From an uncultured Candidatus Saccharibacteria bacterium (GTDB taxonomy: Bacteria > Patescibacteriota > Minisyncoccia > Phycocordibacterales > UBA12088), in the NCBI GenBank assembly GCA_964411375.1, contig CAYPKR010000002.1:894-64893 (forward strand): a stretch of DNA of 64,000 nucleotides, in the 5' to 3' direction. Under the pieces are notes generated by a model, which ran no database searches, was not told where the DNA came from, and was given only the letters and a program-made list of their open reading frames with translations. The position numbers and the translations under genes are program-made. This document shows positions 47,584 to 57,879 of this stretch, one piece after another. Within the stretch, counting starts at the first letter, position 1, and each line of letters starts with the position of its first letter.

Positions 47584-49551
47584 ATGGCGACAAAAAAACA
47601 CCAAGGTCCGACACTTAAAGACATTGATTCAAAAGTACGTCCACAAGATGATTTTTACGCCTACTCGGTAGGGAGGTGGCTTAAAAATAATCCAATTCCA
47701 AAGACCGAAGCGGTATGGGGTTCTTTTCATATTCTTCGTGAAAACGGCAGAGAACAGCTTCATGCCATCGCAAAAGATTTAGAAAAAAATAAAAAAGTAG
47801 CACGAGGAACTCCGGAGCAATTGGTGCGAGATTTGTGGATTTCGTTTATGGATGAAAAAGGACGAGAAAAGCGAAAAGCATCTCCGCTTGTTCCGATTTT
47901 CAAAAAAATAAATTCACTGAACGAAAAAACAAATTTTGCGAAATTCCTTGGCGAGATGCACAAAGACGGAATTGGAGGTTTGTGGAATATCTATGTCGGA
48001 CCGGACGACAAGAAAAGCACTGAAAATATACTGCATGTTTTTCAAGGTGGTATTTCTCTTCCTGACCGGGATTATTACACCAAGCAAGATCCCGATTCGA
48101 TAAAAATTAGAAGTGCGTACGTCAAACACGGCGAGAAAATGTTCTCACTTCTTGGCTATGGCAAAAAGGATGCGGCATATGCAATGCAGATAGTGCTTCA
48201 GATTGAAACAGGACTCGCCGAAGCATCGATGACTGCGGTTGAGAGACGGGATGTCGAAGCGCAGTACAACAAGCGAACGCCGCAAAAGCTTACCAGTGAA
48301 GCACCATTTGATTGGAGACAGTATTTCAAAGCAGTCGGTATTAAAAATGTATCGAATCTTATTGTTGCACAGCCAGTATTTATGCGTCGTGCGGCAGAAA
48401 TGATCAAAACTCTTTCGCCAGAAGAGTGGAAAGTATATTTCAAATGGCATGCACTCTCCGAATACGCGCCTTTCTTGAACAAAGCATTCGTCACCGAGCA
48501 ATTTAATTTTTATGGCAGGGTGTTGTCGGGAAGAAAAGAAATCCAACCTCTCTGGAAGCGAGGAGTTTCACTCATTGATCACTCCCTCGGAGATGCACTC
48601 GGCAAACTGTACGTTCTCAAACATTTTGACAAAGTTGCCGAAAAGAAAATAAACGTACTTGTCGATAATCTGTTCAGTACATACCGTTCTCGAATTCAAA
48701 AACTTGATTGGATGAGCGCAGATACAAAAAAGAAAGCGCTCGTAAAGCTCTCGGAAATAAATCGAAAGCTTGGTCATCAGAAAAAATGGAAGACGTACAA
48801 AGGAGTACGGATAACTTCCAACAATTTGATCGCAAATTTGGAAGCAATTCATCGATATGAATTTAAGCGTATGCTTGCAAAAATCGGAAAAGCGCCCGAT
48901 AAGGCGGAATGGCTTATGACACCACCAACCGTAAATGCCTACTACTGGCCAAACATGAATGAGATCGTGTTTCCTGCAGGAATTATGCAGCCACCTTTCT
49001 TTGATCCGAATGCACCGGATGCTATAAATTACGGCGCGATCGGTTCTGTTATCGGACACGAACTTACTCACGGCTTCGATGATCAAGGAAAACAATTTGA
49101 CGGAAAAGGAAATTTCAAGGAATGGTGGACAAAGGCTGATTCAGAAAAGTTTACAAAGAAAACCGAAGTGTTGATACAGCAGTACGATGCATTTATCGCG
49201 ACTGATTCAATGCACGTAAATGGAAAACTAACGCTTGGGGAAAACATCGCGGACCTCGGCGGTGTGGTAATTGCATTCGAAGCAATGCAGAGAGCGTTTG
49301 AAGGGAAGAAACAAGAATTAGTACAAGGATTTACGCCAGAGCAGCTTTTCTTCATTGGATATGCGATAACAGAAGCTTCGCATATGCGCCCTGAATCGCT
49401 TAAAAAACAAGTAATCACTGATCCACATTCACCTTCTCGGTTCCGTGTAAATGGACCACTTGCTCATTCTGAAGAATTTTATGCCACATTCGGGGTTAAG
49501 AAAGGCGACAAGCTGTATCGGGAACCTGCGGACAGAGTAAAAATCTGGTAA
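47584..49551 (+). CDS. M13 family zinc metallopeptidase (neprilysin/PepO-like)
   Basis: 655 aa. 'VIGHELTHGFDD' (HExxH) and 'GENIADLGG'. Confidence 0.85.
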   Translation: MATKKHQGPTLKDIDSKVRPQDDFYAYSVGRWLKNNPIPKTEAVWGSFHILRENGREQLHAIAKDLEKNKKVARGTPEQLVRDLWISFMDEKGREKRKASPLVPIFKKINSLNEKTNFAKFLGEMHKDGIGGLWNIYVGPDDKKSTENILHVFQGGISLPDRDYYTKQDPDSIKIRSAYVKHGEKMFSLLGYGKKDAAYAMQIVLQIETGLAEASMTAVERRDVEAQYNKRTPQKLTSEAPFDWRQYFKAVGIKNVSNLIVAQPVFMRRAAEMIKTLSPEEWKVYFKWHALSEYAPFLNKAFVTEQFNFYGRVLSGRKEIQPLWKRGVSLIDHSLGDALGKLYVLKHFDKVAEKKINVLVDNLFSTYRSRIQKLDWMSADTKKKALVKLSEINRKLGHQKKWKTYKGVRITSNNLIANLEAIHRYEFKRMLAKIGKAPDKAEWLMTPPTVNAYYWPNMNEIVFPAGIMQPPFFDPNAPDAINYGAIGSVIGHELTHGFDDQGKQFDGKGNFKEWWTKADSEKFTKKTEVLIQQYDAFIATDSMHVNGKLTLGENIADLGGVVIAFEAMQRAFEGKKQELVQGFTPEQLFFIGYAITEASHMRPESLKKQVITDPHSPSRFRVNGPLAHSEEFYATFGVKKGDKLYREPADRVKIW

Positions 49552-49561
49552 AGTTTCGACT

Positions 49562-51463
49562 ATGACTGGAGAAGAAATACGCACAAAATATCTGAAATTC
49601 TTTGAGGAGAGAGGGCACAAAATCATTCCTTCTGCATCTCTCGTGCCCGCAAATGATCCAACCACACTCTTCACGGGCTCCGGAATGCAACCCTTAGTTC
49701 CATATCTTCTTGGCAAAGATCATCCGGAAGGGAAGCGACTAGTGGATTCGCAGAAAAGTTTTCGCTCTGGCGATATTGAAGAAGTCGGCGACAATCGTCA
49801 CACAACATTTTTTGAAATGCTCGGCAACTGGTCGCTCGGCGATTACTTCAAGAAAGAACAACTTCCATGGTTTTTTGAATTTTTGACTGATGAGCTCGGG
49901 CTTGATCCTCAAAAACTCTACGTCACTGCTTTTATTGGAGACGAAAAAAATAATGTCCCTCGCGACACAGAATCAGTAGAAATTTGGAAAAATCTTTTTG
50001 GAGGAAAAGGAGTCGACAACACGGTTGTCGAAATTGGTTCAGAAGAAAATGGATATGAAGTCGGCATGCAGGGCGGCAGAATTTTTTATTACGATGCAAA
50101 GAAGAACTGGTGGAGCCGTGCGGGAGTTCCTGAAAAGATGCCAGTTGGTGAGCCGGGCGGTCCTGACTCCGAAGTTTTTTATGATTTTGGAACTCCCCAT
50201 GATCCAAAATGGGGAACAGAATGTCATCCAAATTGCGATTGCGGACGATTCCTTGAAATCGGAAATTCCGTCTTCATGCAATATATAAAACAAGAAGACG
50301 GTTCCTTTGCGCTCCTTCCAAAACAAAATGTGGACTTTGGTGGTGGGTTAGAACGTATCACTGCTGCAGTAAATAATGACAGCGACGTATTCAACATTGA
50401 TATCTTCTGGAGCATAATTGAGATTCTAGAAAAACTATCCGGCAAACAATACAAGGATCCGCAGTATGTTCATGCTTTCCGTATTATTTCCGATCACATA
50501 CGCGCAGCAGTCTTTTTAATTGCGGACGGGGTGCTTCCGTCAAATACAGATCAAGGATACTTTGTTCGTCGACTTATTCGCCGAGCGGTTAGATATGCAG
50601 ATCTTATTGGATATCCAGAAATGCATTTATCAGAATTGGTACGTATCATTGCAAATGCTTATCGAAATGCATACCCAGAATTGGAAAAATCAATATCCAG
50701 AATCGAAGAGGCGGTAACCGAAGAGGAATATAAATTCCGACAGACACTTGAACGCGGACTAAAGGAATTTGAAAAACTCTCGACAGGCGGTCAGATTAGC
50801 GGGCAAGATGCGTATGTTCTGTTTACAACGCACGGATTCCCAATTGAACTTACACAGGAAATTGCCTCCGAGCGCGGTGCAAAAGTTGATATGGATGGTT
50901 TCCAATCAGCAATGAAAAAACATCGCGAAGATTCTCGTGCAGGTGCGGAGCAAAAATTCAAAGGCGGCCTCGCAGATACATCCGAAGCAACAACTCGTCT
51001 TCATACCGCTCATCATTTACTCCTTAAGGCACTTCAGATTGTCTTAGGCGATCATGTGCATCAGCGAGGATCGAATATCACTGCCGAGCGCCTCCGCATT
51101 GACTTCTCGCATGGCGAAAAAATGACGCCGGAGCAAATCAAGCGCGTGGAAGAAATTGTAAACGAAAAGATCAATGAAGAACTGCCGATGATCCGCTCAA
51201 CACTTCCGAAAGAAGAAGCAGAAAAGCTCGGCGCGGAACATGAGTTTGGTGCAAAATATCCCGATACTGTATCGGTCTATTCGCTTGGACCAAAGGATGC
51301 AACCGAAGAAAATCCGAAATTCGCGGAAGCCTTTTCAATCGAATTCTGCGGTGGACCGCATGTAAACAACACTTCTGAAATTTCAAAATCAGGAACATTC
51401 AAAATTCAAAAAGAGGAGGCAGTAGCTTCAGGCGTTCGCCGCATTAAAGCGTTTCTCTCATAG
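49562..51463 (+). CDS. alaS: Alanyl-tRNA synthetase, short form lacking the C-Ala domain
   Basis: 633 aa. Class II catalytic core 'FTGSGMQP'. Editing-domain motifs 'HTAHHLL' and 'CGGPHV'. Confidence 0.9.
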   Translation: MTGEEIRTKYLKFFEERGHKIIPSASLVPANDPTTLFTGSGMQPLVPYLLGKDHPEGKRLVDSQKSFRSGDIEEVGDNRHTTFFEMLGNWSLGDYFKKEQLPWFFEFLTDELGLDPQKLYVTAFIGDEKNNVPRDTESVEIWKNLFGGKGVDNTVVEIGSEENGYEVGMQGGRIFYYDAKKNWWSRAGVPEKMPVGEPGGPDSEVFYDFGTPHDPKWGTECHPNCDCGRFLEIGNSVFMQYIKQEDGSFALLPKQNVDFGGGLERITAAVNNDSDVFNIDIFWSIIEILEKLSGKQYKDPQYVHAFRIISDHIRAAVFLIADGVLPSNTDQGYFVRRLIRRAVRYADLIGYPEMHLSELVRIIANAYRNAYPELEKSISRIEEAVTEEEYKFRQTLERGLKEFEKLSTGGQISGQDAYVLFTTHGFPIELTQEIASERGAKVDMDGFQSAMKKHREDSRAGAEQKFKGGLADTSEATTRLHTAHHLLLKALQIVLGDHVHQRGSNITAERLRIDFSHGEKMTPEQIKRVEEIVNEKINEELPMIRSTLPKEEAEKLGAEHEFGAKYPDTVSVYSLGPKDATEENPKFAEAFSIEFCGGPHVNNTSEISKSGTFKIQKEEAVASGVRRIKAFLS

Positions 51464-51492
51464 TGTTTTTCACAGTGTAATTAACTTCGAGA

Positions 51493-52707
51493 TTGAGGGG
51501 ATGCTATACTTTTTCAATGATTTCTTCGTGGCTCTTTTCTGATAAGGCGGAAAAAGTAGTCGCTGTTTTTGATGTGGGAAGTTCTTCTGTTGGGAGCGCT
51601 TTGATTCGGACTGGAAAAGGAAAACCAGAGATTATTTACGCCAACCGTACCCCAATTCCATTTCAAACTGACATCGAACCAGAAAAATTCACCAAATCGC
51701 TCCTCACAACTCTTGTTGAGGCCGCTCTCGATTTGAAAACAGTAGGACTTATGCGCCTCAAGAACACGAAAAATGCTGCCGTGTATGAGACGAGCGTCGT
51801 TTTTGGTTCTCCGTGGTCGGCTTCGCAAAATATTCCTGTTCACTTAGAAAAAGATAGGCCCTTTGTTGTTACAAAAGAGCTTCTTGATAGCGCCGTTGAG
51901 AAAGAGACAAAACGTCTCAAAGAAGTTTCAGGTGAAAATGAGCAGCCAGTTCTTATTGAACGTCATGCAGTCGGTGTTGCACTGAACGGCTATCATTTTA
52001 TAGATCCGTACGGAAAGAAAACCACATCCGCAGACATAAACACCTTCGTCAGTTTTATCCCAAAATCGCTCGAATCAAAGGTGCAAGAAGTTATTCAAGG
52101 TGCATTTCCATCGGCGCGAATGCATGCACACTCATTTCCGATGGTTTTTTTCTCAGGAATTAGAGATTTGTATCATGATATTGGAAGCGCACTACTTGTG
52201 GAGGTACGCGGAGAGATGACTGATATTTCTGTAATGACGAATGGTGCGCTTTCAGAAAATATGTCGTTTCCGGTTGGCGAACACACCTTGATTCGCATGC
52301 TGACCGAAAATTCAACCCGAATGCCAGCAGAAGAACGCTCGCGTATCCGTCTCTATCTCGAAGGAAGAACAAGAGAACCGGTCTCTGAAGCACTTGGAAA
52401 ACAACTCGCTTCACTTTCAGAGACATTTGCGCTTTCTTTTAAGAGTGCGCTTCAAGGAGTAATTGAACATTCTCCGGTTCCGCAAGACATTATTCTCATT
52501 TCAGAAGGAGAGAGTGGGGAGTGGTTTAAAACAGAATTATCAAAACTTGATATGAGTGATTTGGTGCTTGGCGCAAAATCACCACGTGTAAATTTTGTCA
52601 CAAACGCTGAACTTGAAAATGCATACACTGCGAGTCTTGAGGTACGGGCTGATCCGTTCATCATTCTCTCATCAATATTTGTGGATAAGTTTTTTGCACT
52701 TCAGTAG
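51493..52707 (+). CDS. Actin-like ATPase (ASKHA) family protein, PilM/FtsA-like
   Basis: 404 aa. Phosphate-1 motif 'VVAVFDVGSSSVGSALI'. The start may be the Met at 51517. Confidence 0.45.
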   Translation: MRGCYTFSMISSWLFSDKAEKVVAVFDVGSSSVGSALIRTGKGKPEIIYANRTPIPFQTDIEPEKFTKSLLTTLVEAALDLKTVGLMRLKNTKNAAVYETSVVFGSPWSASQNIPVHLEKDRPFVVTKELLDSAVEKETKRLKEVSGENEQPVLIERHAVGVALNGYHFIDPYGKKTTSADINTFVSFIPKSLESKVQEVIQGAFPSARMHAHSFPMVFFSGIRDLYHDIGSALLVEVRGEMTDISVMTNGALSENMSFPVGEHTLIRMLTENSTRMPAEERSRIRLYLEGRTREPVSEALGKQLASLSETFALSFKSALQGVIEHSPVPQDIILISEGESGEWFKTELSKLDMSDLVLGAKSPRVNFVTNAELENAYTASLEVRADPFIILSSIFVDKFFALQ

Positions 52708-52789
52708 TAAAATGAGCAAACGACTGAATGTTTTTCCTTGTGGTATAACTAATTGGCAATACTAGATCTTTATCGCATAATGCAACTAT

Positions 52790-54193
52790 ATGCCCGCACG
52801 TAAACCTCCTCTTCAAGATATTGTCGCTCGCCCCCGTGAACCAAGGTCGCCTCGTCTCGTAACTCCGCCCCCAGCTCCTGCTCCAGTTCGTGAGCCTCGT
52901 GTCGCTGAAGAACGTGCTGTACCACCACAACCTCGAATAGAAGCAGAACCTCCACGTAGAATGCCTCCTACACCACCCGAACCACCAGTTCGCTCCTCCA
53001 TGCCAAGTGGTGGCAGGAAAAAGCGCGGATGGTTTGGAGTCACGAGCCTCATTGTTGGTGTTGTTATCTTGTTTGTTGGAGTTGCGGCTCTCTATTTCTT
53101 CGCGGGTGCAGAACTCACTGTTGTCCCAAAGACCGCAACTGCTTTTGTTGACGGTACATTCCCTGGAATGAAAGCTGATTCCGCAAGTTCAACGTCGGCC
53201 GATGCTTTGCCATACGATATTTTGACTTTGCAGGAAACGGAAACCCAAACACTTCCTGCAACTGGAGAAGAAACGGCGTCAGTTCCAGCAACTGGACACA
53301 TTGTCGTATACAACAATTACAGCTCTGCGCCACAAAAACTCATAAAAAATACTCGCTTCGCAACCCCTGAAGGATTAGTATTTCGAATCCACGATTCAGT
53401 AACCGTTCCTGGGCAAACAACTGAGGGCGGTAAAAAGGTGCCCGGAAGTATTGAGGTCGCTGTCTATGCCGATGAAGCAGGGGAGAAGTACAACATTGGT
53501 CTCACTGATTTTGTAGTCCCTGGGTTTAAAGGAACACCACAGTACGAAGGCTTTTATGCCCGCTCAAAGACTCCAATGACTGGTGGCTTTGTCGGAACAC
53601 GAAAGACCGTAGCTCCAGCGGCACTTGAAACTGCAAAGACTGCAATCCAAGAGAAGCTTCGTCAAAAATTGACTGATGAATCTACTGGTAAATTGCCACT
53701 CGGCTATGCAATGCCGAAGGGCGGTATCTTCGTTACGTTCGATGAACCAACCCAGGCAGTAGACGGAGCTAACGTAGTCGTCTCTATCCAGGGAACACTT
53801 CACGGTATTATCGTAAAATCAGACAGCTTGGCAGAGCTTATTGCGAAGAAAAATGTACCGAGCTATGACGATGCCCCTGTGGTACTCAAAAACCCAGAAG
53901 CAGTATCGGTAACGCCAGTTATCGACCCTAAAGTAACCGATCCATGGAATGCGACTTCGCTTAATTTCGCAATCAAGGGAAATGCAGAAATCCAATGGAA
54001 CATTGATACGGCAAAACTAGCCGCAGATCTTGCCGGAAAGTCTGAAAATGCCCTAAATACAGTCCTAACTGGCTATCCAGGAATTGAACGAGCCCGAGCC
54101 GTATTTCGTCCAGTTTGGCGGAGCTCCTTCCCGAAAAATGCCTCAGATATCAAAATTCTGTTTGAAACCAGCACCGCACCAGCAGGCCAATAA
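52790..54193 (+). CDS. Bitopic membrane protein with a Pro/Arg-rich cytoplasmic N-terminus and a large extracytoplasmic domain
   Basis: 467 aa with a single TM (WFGVTSLIVGVVILFVGVAALYFF). Confidence 0.45.
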   Translation: MPARKPPLQDIVARPREPRSPRLVTPPPAPAPVREPRVAEERAVPPQPRIEAEPPRRMPPTPPEPPVRSSMPSGGRKKRGWFGVTSLIVGVVILFVGVAALYFFAGAELTVVPKTATAFVDGTFPGMKADSASSTSADALPYDILTLQETETQTLPATGEETASVPATGHIVVYNNYSSAPQKLIKNTRFATPEGLVFRIHDSVTVPGQTTEGGKKVPGSIEVAVYADEAGEKYNIGLTDFVVPGFKGTPQYEGFYARSKTPMTGGFVGTRKTVAPAALETAKTAIQEKLRQKLTDESTGKLPLGYAMPKGGIFVTFDEPTQAVDGANVVVSIQGTLHGIIVKSDSLAELIAKKNVPSYDDAPVVLKNPEAVSVTPVIDPKVTDPWNATSLNFAIKGNAEIQWNIDTAKLAADLAGKSENALNTVLTGYPGIERARAVFRPVWRSSFPKNASDIKILFETSTAPAGQ

Positions 54194-54244
54194 TGAAGTT
54201 ACTCCAGTCTAATTTGACGCAAAAAGCGAATTCTGGTAATCTTT

Positions 54245-54472
54245 TTGACGCACCCTGAAATGCAGAAAGAGGAACGAGAAACCGTCGCAGGAGTTGTCGA
54301 AGAGGCACTTCCGAACACCCTATTCCGGGTAGCGCTTGAAGACGGGAATATTGTCCTTTCTTACTTGTCAGGGAAGATGCGAGTAAATCGTATCAAAGTC
54401 CTTGTTGGTGATTCAGTACGACTCGAGCTTGACCCGTATGGAGGCAAGGCGCGGATCGTAAAGAGGCTCTAA
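54245..54472 (+). CDS. infA: Translation initiation factor IF-1
   Basis: S1-like fold '[33 protein letters not shown]'. The start may be 54260. Confidence 0.85.
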   Translation: MTHPEMQKEERETVAGVVEEALPNTLFRVALEDGNIVLSYLSGKMRVNRIKVLVGDSVRLELDPYGGKARIVKRL

Positions 54473-54533
54473 CAAGGAAGATTCGCCCGTAAGGCGTTTT
54501 GTATTTTTATTTTAGACGGCACGACCAACTGGT

Positions 54534-54647
54534 ATGAAAGTCCGCTCATCAATTGCGCCACGTTGCGCTAAATGTAAGACCGTACGCCGGAAGGGTGTTG
54601 TCTATATCCTCTGCGTGAATCCGCGCCATAAACAGCGCCAAGGATAA
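54534..54647 (+). CDS. rpmJ: 50S ribosomal protein L36
   Basis: 37 aa read directly from the sequence: [37 protein letters not shown]. Zinc-ribbon C-x2-C...C...H. Confidence 0.85.
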   Translation: MKVRSSIAPRCAKCKTVRRKGVVYILCVNPRHKQRQG

Positions 54648-54666
54648 ACCGGATAGAAACAATATT

Positions 54667-55047
54667 ATGCGTATTGCAGGCATCACTATTCCAGACAACA
54701 AGCGCCTTGAGATAGGTCTCACGGCGATTTATGGCATTGGTCGCCCACGTGCACAAGAAATCCTTATGCTCGCAAAGGTTGATCCTGCAAAGAAGCCTCC
54801 GCAGGTCACCAGTGATGAAGAGAACGCGATCCGCAAAGCAGTCGAAGAAACCGGAAACATTGAAGGAGAGCGACGCCGAGAAGTCGGTGCAAACATCAAG
54901 CGCCTCAAGGATATCGGTTCATATCGCGGCACTCGCCATGCAAAAAAACTTCCTGCGCGCGGTCAACGAACCAAAACGAACGCACGAACACTTAAGGGAG
55001 TAAAGAAGACGATGGGTTCTGGTCGTCGAAAGCTTGAAAAGACATAG
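54667..55047 (+). CDS. rpsM: 30S ribosomal protein S13
   Basis: 'MRIAGITIPDNKRLEIGLTAIYGIGR'. Confidence 0.95.
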   Translation: MRIAGITIPDNKRLEIGLTAIYGIGRPRAQEILMLAKVDPAKKPPQVTSDEENAIRKAVEETGNIEGERRREVGANIKRLKDIGSYRGTRHAKKLPARGQRTKTNARTLKGVKKTMGSGRRKLEKT

Positions 55048-55087
55048 AACACAGAAAGTGTTCTGAAGGACGAATTTTTACACCACA

Positions 55088-55522
55088 ATGGGAAAAAAAC
55101 GAATTGTAAAACAACAGGGATCAGGAGGTGATAGCGGACTTAAGTCACGCGCGCTTTCGAAGGCAGTCAAACGGAAGGTCGAGATCGGCCGTCTCTTTGT
55201 GCAGTCTACCTACAACAACACGATCCTTTCTCTTGCTGATCGAAACGGCAACGTACTTTCAGCATCTTCTTCTGGCGCACTCGGATTTAATGGCGCAAAG
55301 AAATCAACGCCATTCGCTGCAGCAAAGGTTGCAGAACTTATGGCAGAAAAGGCAATTCAATTTGGAATGAAGGAAGTGGATGTTGTTGTATCTGGAGTTG
55401 GTGCTGGTCGCGAATCTTCGATCCGTGCATTTGCCGGAAAGGGAATCGGTATCACCACAATCCAGGACAAAACTCCTGTTCCACACAATGGCCCACGTCC
55501 TAAGAAAGCACGTCGCGTATAA
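55088..55522 (+). CDS. rpsK: 30S ribosomal protein S11
   Basis: 'TYNNTILSLADRNGNVLSASSSG' and 'VVVSGVGAGRESSIRAF'. Confidence 0.95.
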   Translation: MGKKRIVKQQGSGGDSGLKSRALSKAVKRKVEIGRLFVQSTYNNTILSLADRNGNVLSASSSGALGFNGAKKSTPFAAAKVAELMAEKAIQFGMKEVDVVVSGVGAGRESSIRAFAGKGIGITTIQDKTPVPHNGPRPKKARRV

Positions 55523-55528
55523 CATACT

Positions 55529-56131
55529 ATGAAACTCGGACCGAAATATAAAATTTGTAAAAGACTTGGTAGCGCGGTATTTGAAAAATGCCAGACTGCA
55601 CGTTTTCAGCTTGCCGAAGCAAAGAAGAAAGGATCAGGGAAGCGTCCAAAAGCACTTTCTGATTACGGAAAACAGCTTCTCGAGAAGCAGAAGCTTCGCT
55701 ACACCTACGGTCTCACCGAACGTCAGTTCCGCCTCTATGTTGACCGAGCTATGCAGGAAGCAAATCCTGCTGACGCACTCTACTCAATTCTTGAAAGCCG
55801 TCTCGACAATTTCGTATACCGCGCCGGTCTCGCAAATACCCGCCGCTTCGCACGCCAGCTTGTTTCTCACGGTCACGTTACCGTAAATGGCGTAAAGACT
55901 ACCGTTCCGTCATACCGACTTGAGAAGGGACAGAAAATATCAGTACGCGAAGGAAGCCGAACTGCTGTTCCGTTTGCCTCGGTTGCCGAAAAAGAAATGC
56001 CGACAACTCCTGTATGGATGCAATTTGATCCGAAGACGCTTGCCGGAGAAGTTACCGCACGCCCAGATCGCGCGCTCGCAAGCGATGTCGGAGCTGATAT
56101 CAGTGCTGTGCTCGAATTTTACAGCCGTTAA
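55529..56131 (+). CDS. rpsD: 30S ribosomal protein S4
   Basis: 'MKLGPKYKICKRLG' and an S4 RNA-binding domain 'LDNFVYRAGLANTRRFARQLVSHGHVTVNG'. Confidence 0.95.
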   Translation: MKLGPKYKICKRLGSAVFEKCQTARFQLAEAKKKGSGKRPKALSDYGKQLLEKQKLRYTYGLTERQFRLYVDRAMQEANPADALYSILESRLDNFVYRAGLANTRRFARQLVSHGHVTVNGVKTTVPSYRLEKGQKISVREGSRTAVPFASVAEKEMPTTPVWMQFDPKTLAGEVTARPDRALASDVGADISAVLEFYSR

Positions 56132-56165
56132 AATTGCTTATAAACATTACTATTTAAGTTTCAAT

Positions 56166-57140
56166 ATGGAGCATAACGTAGCACTTCCATCAAAGCCTCG
56201 TATCGTAACCGAGAAAGATACCTCGGGTACCTATGAGATTGACGGTCTCTACCCAGGATATGGACATACTCTGGGTAATTCGCTTCGCCGTATCATCCTC
56301 TCCTCCCTCCCGGGTGCGGCCATCACATCGGTAAAGATTGACGGCGTTCCGCATGAATTTTCAACGCTTGAAGGCGTAAAGGAAGACGTCATTACTATTT
56401 TGCTTAACTTGAAGCGAATCCGCCTTTCACTCGCAACAGACGAACCACAGATACTTAATCTCAGTGTTAAGGGTCCTGGTTCTGCAACTGCAGGCGATAT
56501 AAAGGTTCCTGGACAAGTAACCATCCTTAATCCTGAACAGCACATTGTTGAAGTGACACAAAAAGGTGTCGAACTCGAAATGGAACTCGTTGTTGAAATG
56601 GGACTTGGGTATGTACCACGCGAAGTGCATCAGGAAGAAAAAGTTGATATTGGCACAATCGCACTCGATGCAACATTCACACCGATCCGTCGCGTTAACT
56701 ACGAAGTAGAAAACATGCGCGTTGGTAATCGCACCGACTTCAATCGCCTCCGCATATTCATCGAAACGGACGGTACTCTTTCTCCTCGCGAAGCTTTGGA
56801 GAAATCTATTGAAGTAATGATTCATCAGCTCAAGGCAGTGATCGGCTTCAAGGAAGAAGAGGCTCCCGTCATGCCCGTCATGCCGTCAGGAAAAGACGAA
56901 GCAGATCGCGGCGAGAAAAACACCGTAAACGAGGCTGATTCGGAAGCAATGAAGACCCGCATCGATTCTTTGAATCTTTCTGCTCGCACCGTAAATGCAC
57001 TTTCAACTGCGGGTATCCGAACTGTCGGCGGACTTGCAAGAAAGAAGGAAGAGGATATATTGTCGGTCGAAGGTCTTGGCGTCAAAGGGCTCCAGGAAAT
57101 TCGCCGCGCGCTCTCAAACTTCGGCATAACACTGAAGTAG
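56166..57140 (+). CDS. rpoA: DNA-directed RNA polymerase subunit alpha
   Basis: 'GYGHTLGNSLRRIILSSLPGAAITSVKIDGV'. The C-terminal domain has 'LNLSARTVNALSTAGIRTVGGL'. The start is the ATG at 56166, not the ORF-track start at 55920 inside rpsD. Confidence 0.95.
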   Translation: MEHNVALPSKPRIVTEKDTSGTYEIDGLYPGYGHTLGNSLRRIILSSLPGAAITSVKIDGVPHEFSTLEGVKEDVITILLNLKRIRLSLATDEPQILNLSVKGPGSATAGDIKVPGQVTILNPEQHIVEVTQKGVELEMELVVEMGLGYVPREVHQEEKVDIGTIALDATFTPIRRVNYEVENMRVGNRTDFNRLRIFIETDGTLSPREALEKSIEVMIHQLKAVIGFKEEEAPVMPVMPSGKDEADRGEKNTVNEADSEAMKTRIDSLNLSARTVNALSTAGIRTVGGLARKKEEDILSVEGLGVKGLQEIRRALSNFGITLK

Positions 57141-57159
57141 TGCAGGGCATAAAACGAGT

Positions 57160-57513
57160 ATGAGACACCACAACAACGTCAGAAAATTCGGTCGAGAGAA
57201 AAACGCACGTCATGCATTGATGCGCTCTCTTGCTCGTTCCCTCATACTTCACGAACAGATTGAAACCAGCGAAGCAAAGGCAAAAGAACTTCGCCCAATG
57301 ATCGAAAAGCTCGTTACCAAGAGCCGTGTTGATTCAGTACCGAATCGTCGCCTTGTTGCATCCCGCGTTTCGTCTGAAGACAAAGTTTTGAAAAAGCTTT
57401 TCACCGAAATTGCACCACGCTACAAGGATCGTGCTGGTGGATATACCCGCATCATCCGAACAGGTCGCCGCGGAAATGACGCTCGCTCACTCGCGATAAT
57501 CTCGTTTGTATAA
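57160..57513 (+). CDS. rplQ: 50S ribosomal protein L17
   Basis: 'MRHHNNVRKFGREKNARHALMRSL'. Confidence 0.9.
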   Translation: MRHHNNVRKFGREKNARHALMRSLARSLILHEQIETSEAKAKELRPMIEKLVTKSRVDSVPNRRLVASRVSSEDKVLKKLFTEIAPRYKDRAGGYTRIIRTGRRGNDARSLAIISFV

Positions 57514-57871
57514 AAATATGGAACCAAAAGTATATACAATCGACGCAAAAGGAAAATCACTCGGACGAATCGCATCCGAGACGGCAAAACTCTTGATCGG
57601 CAAGAATACCACTGACTTTACAAAAAATGTGAAGCCGCAGGTTTCCGTAAAAATTGAGCACGCAAAAGCGCTTAAGATTACCGAAAAGAAAATGGAGCAG
57701 ACTATGCACGAGCGCTACACTGGCTATCCAGGTGGATTCTCGCTTCACCCTTTGAAGGAAATTATTGAGAAGAAGGGTCACGCTGAAGCGCTTCGCCTTG
57801 CAATCTATGGTATGCTCCCAGGCAACAAGCTTCGAGCCCGCATAATGAAGCGAGTAGAAATCACCGACTAA
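57506..57871 (+). CDS. rplM: 50S ribosomal protein L13
   Basis: 'LGRIASETAKLLIGK' and 'AIYGMLPGNKL'. The start may be 57518. Confidence 0.9.
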   Translation: MYKNMEPKVYTIDAKGKSLGRIASETAKLLIGKNTTDFTKNVKPQVSVKIEHAKALKITEKKMEQTMHERYTGYPGGFSLHPLKEIIEKKGHAEALRLAIYGMLPGNKLRARIMKRVEITD

Positions 57872-57879
57872 TACGAATT

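Noticed and set aside
55920-57140. 406-aa extended rpoA ORF
   Set aside because: The N-terminal extension overlaps rpsD. The conserved RpoA N-terminus begins at the ATG at 56166.
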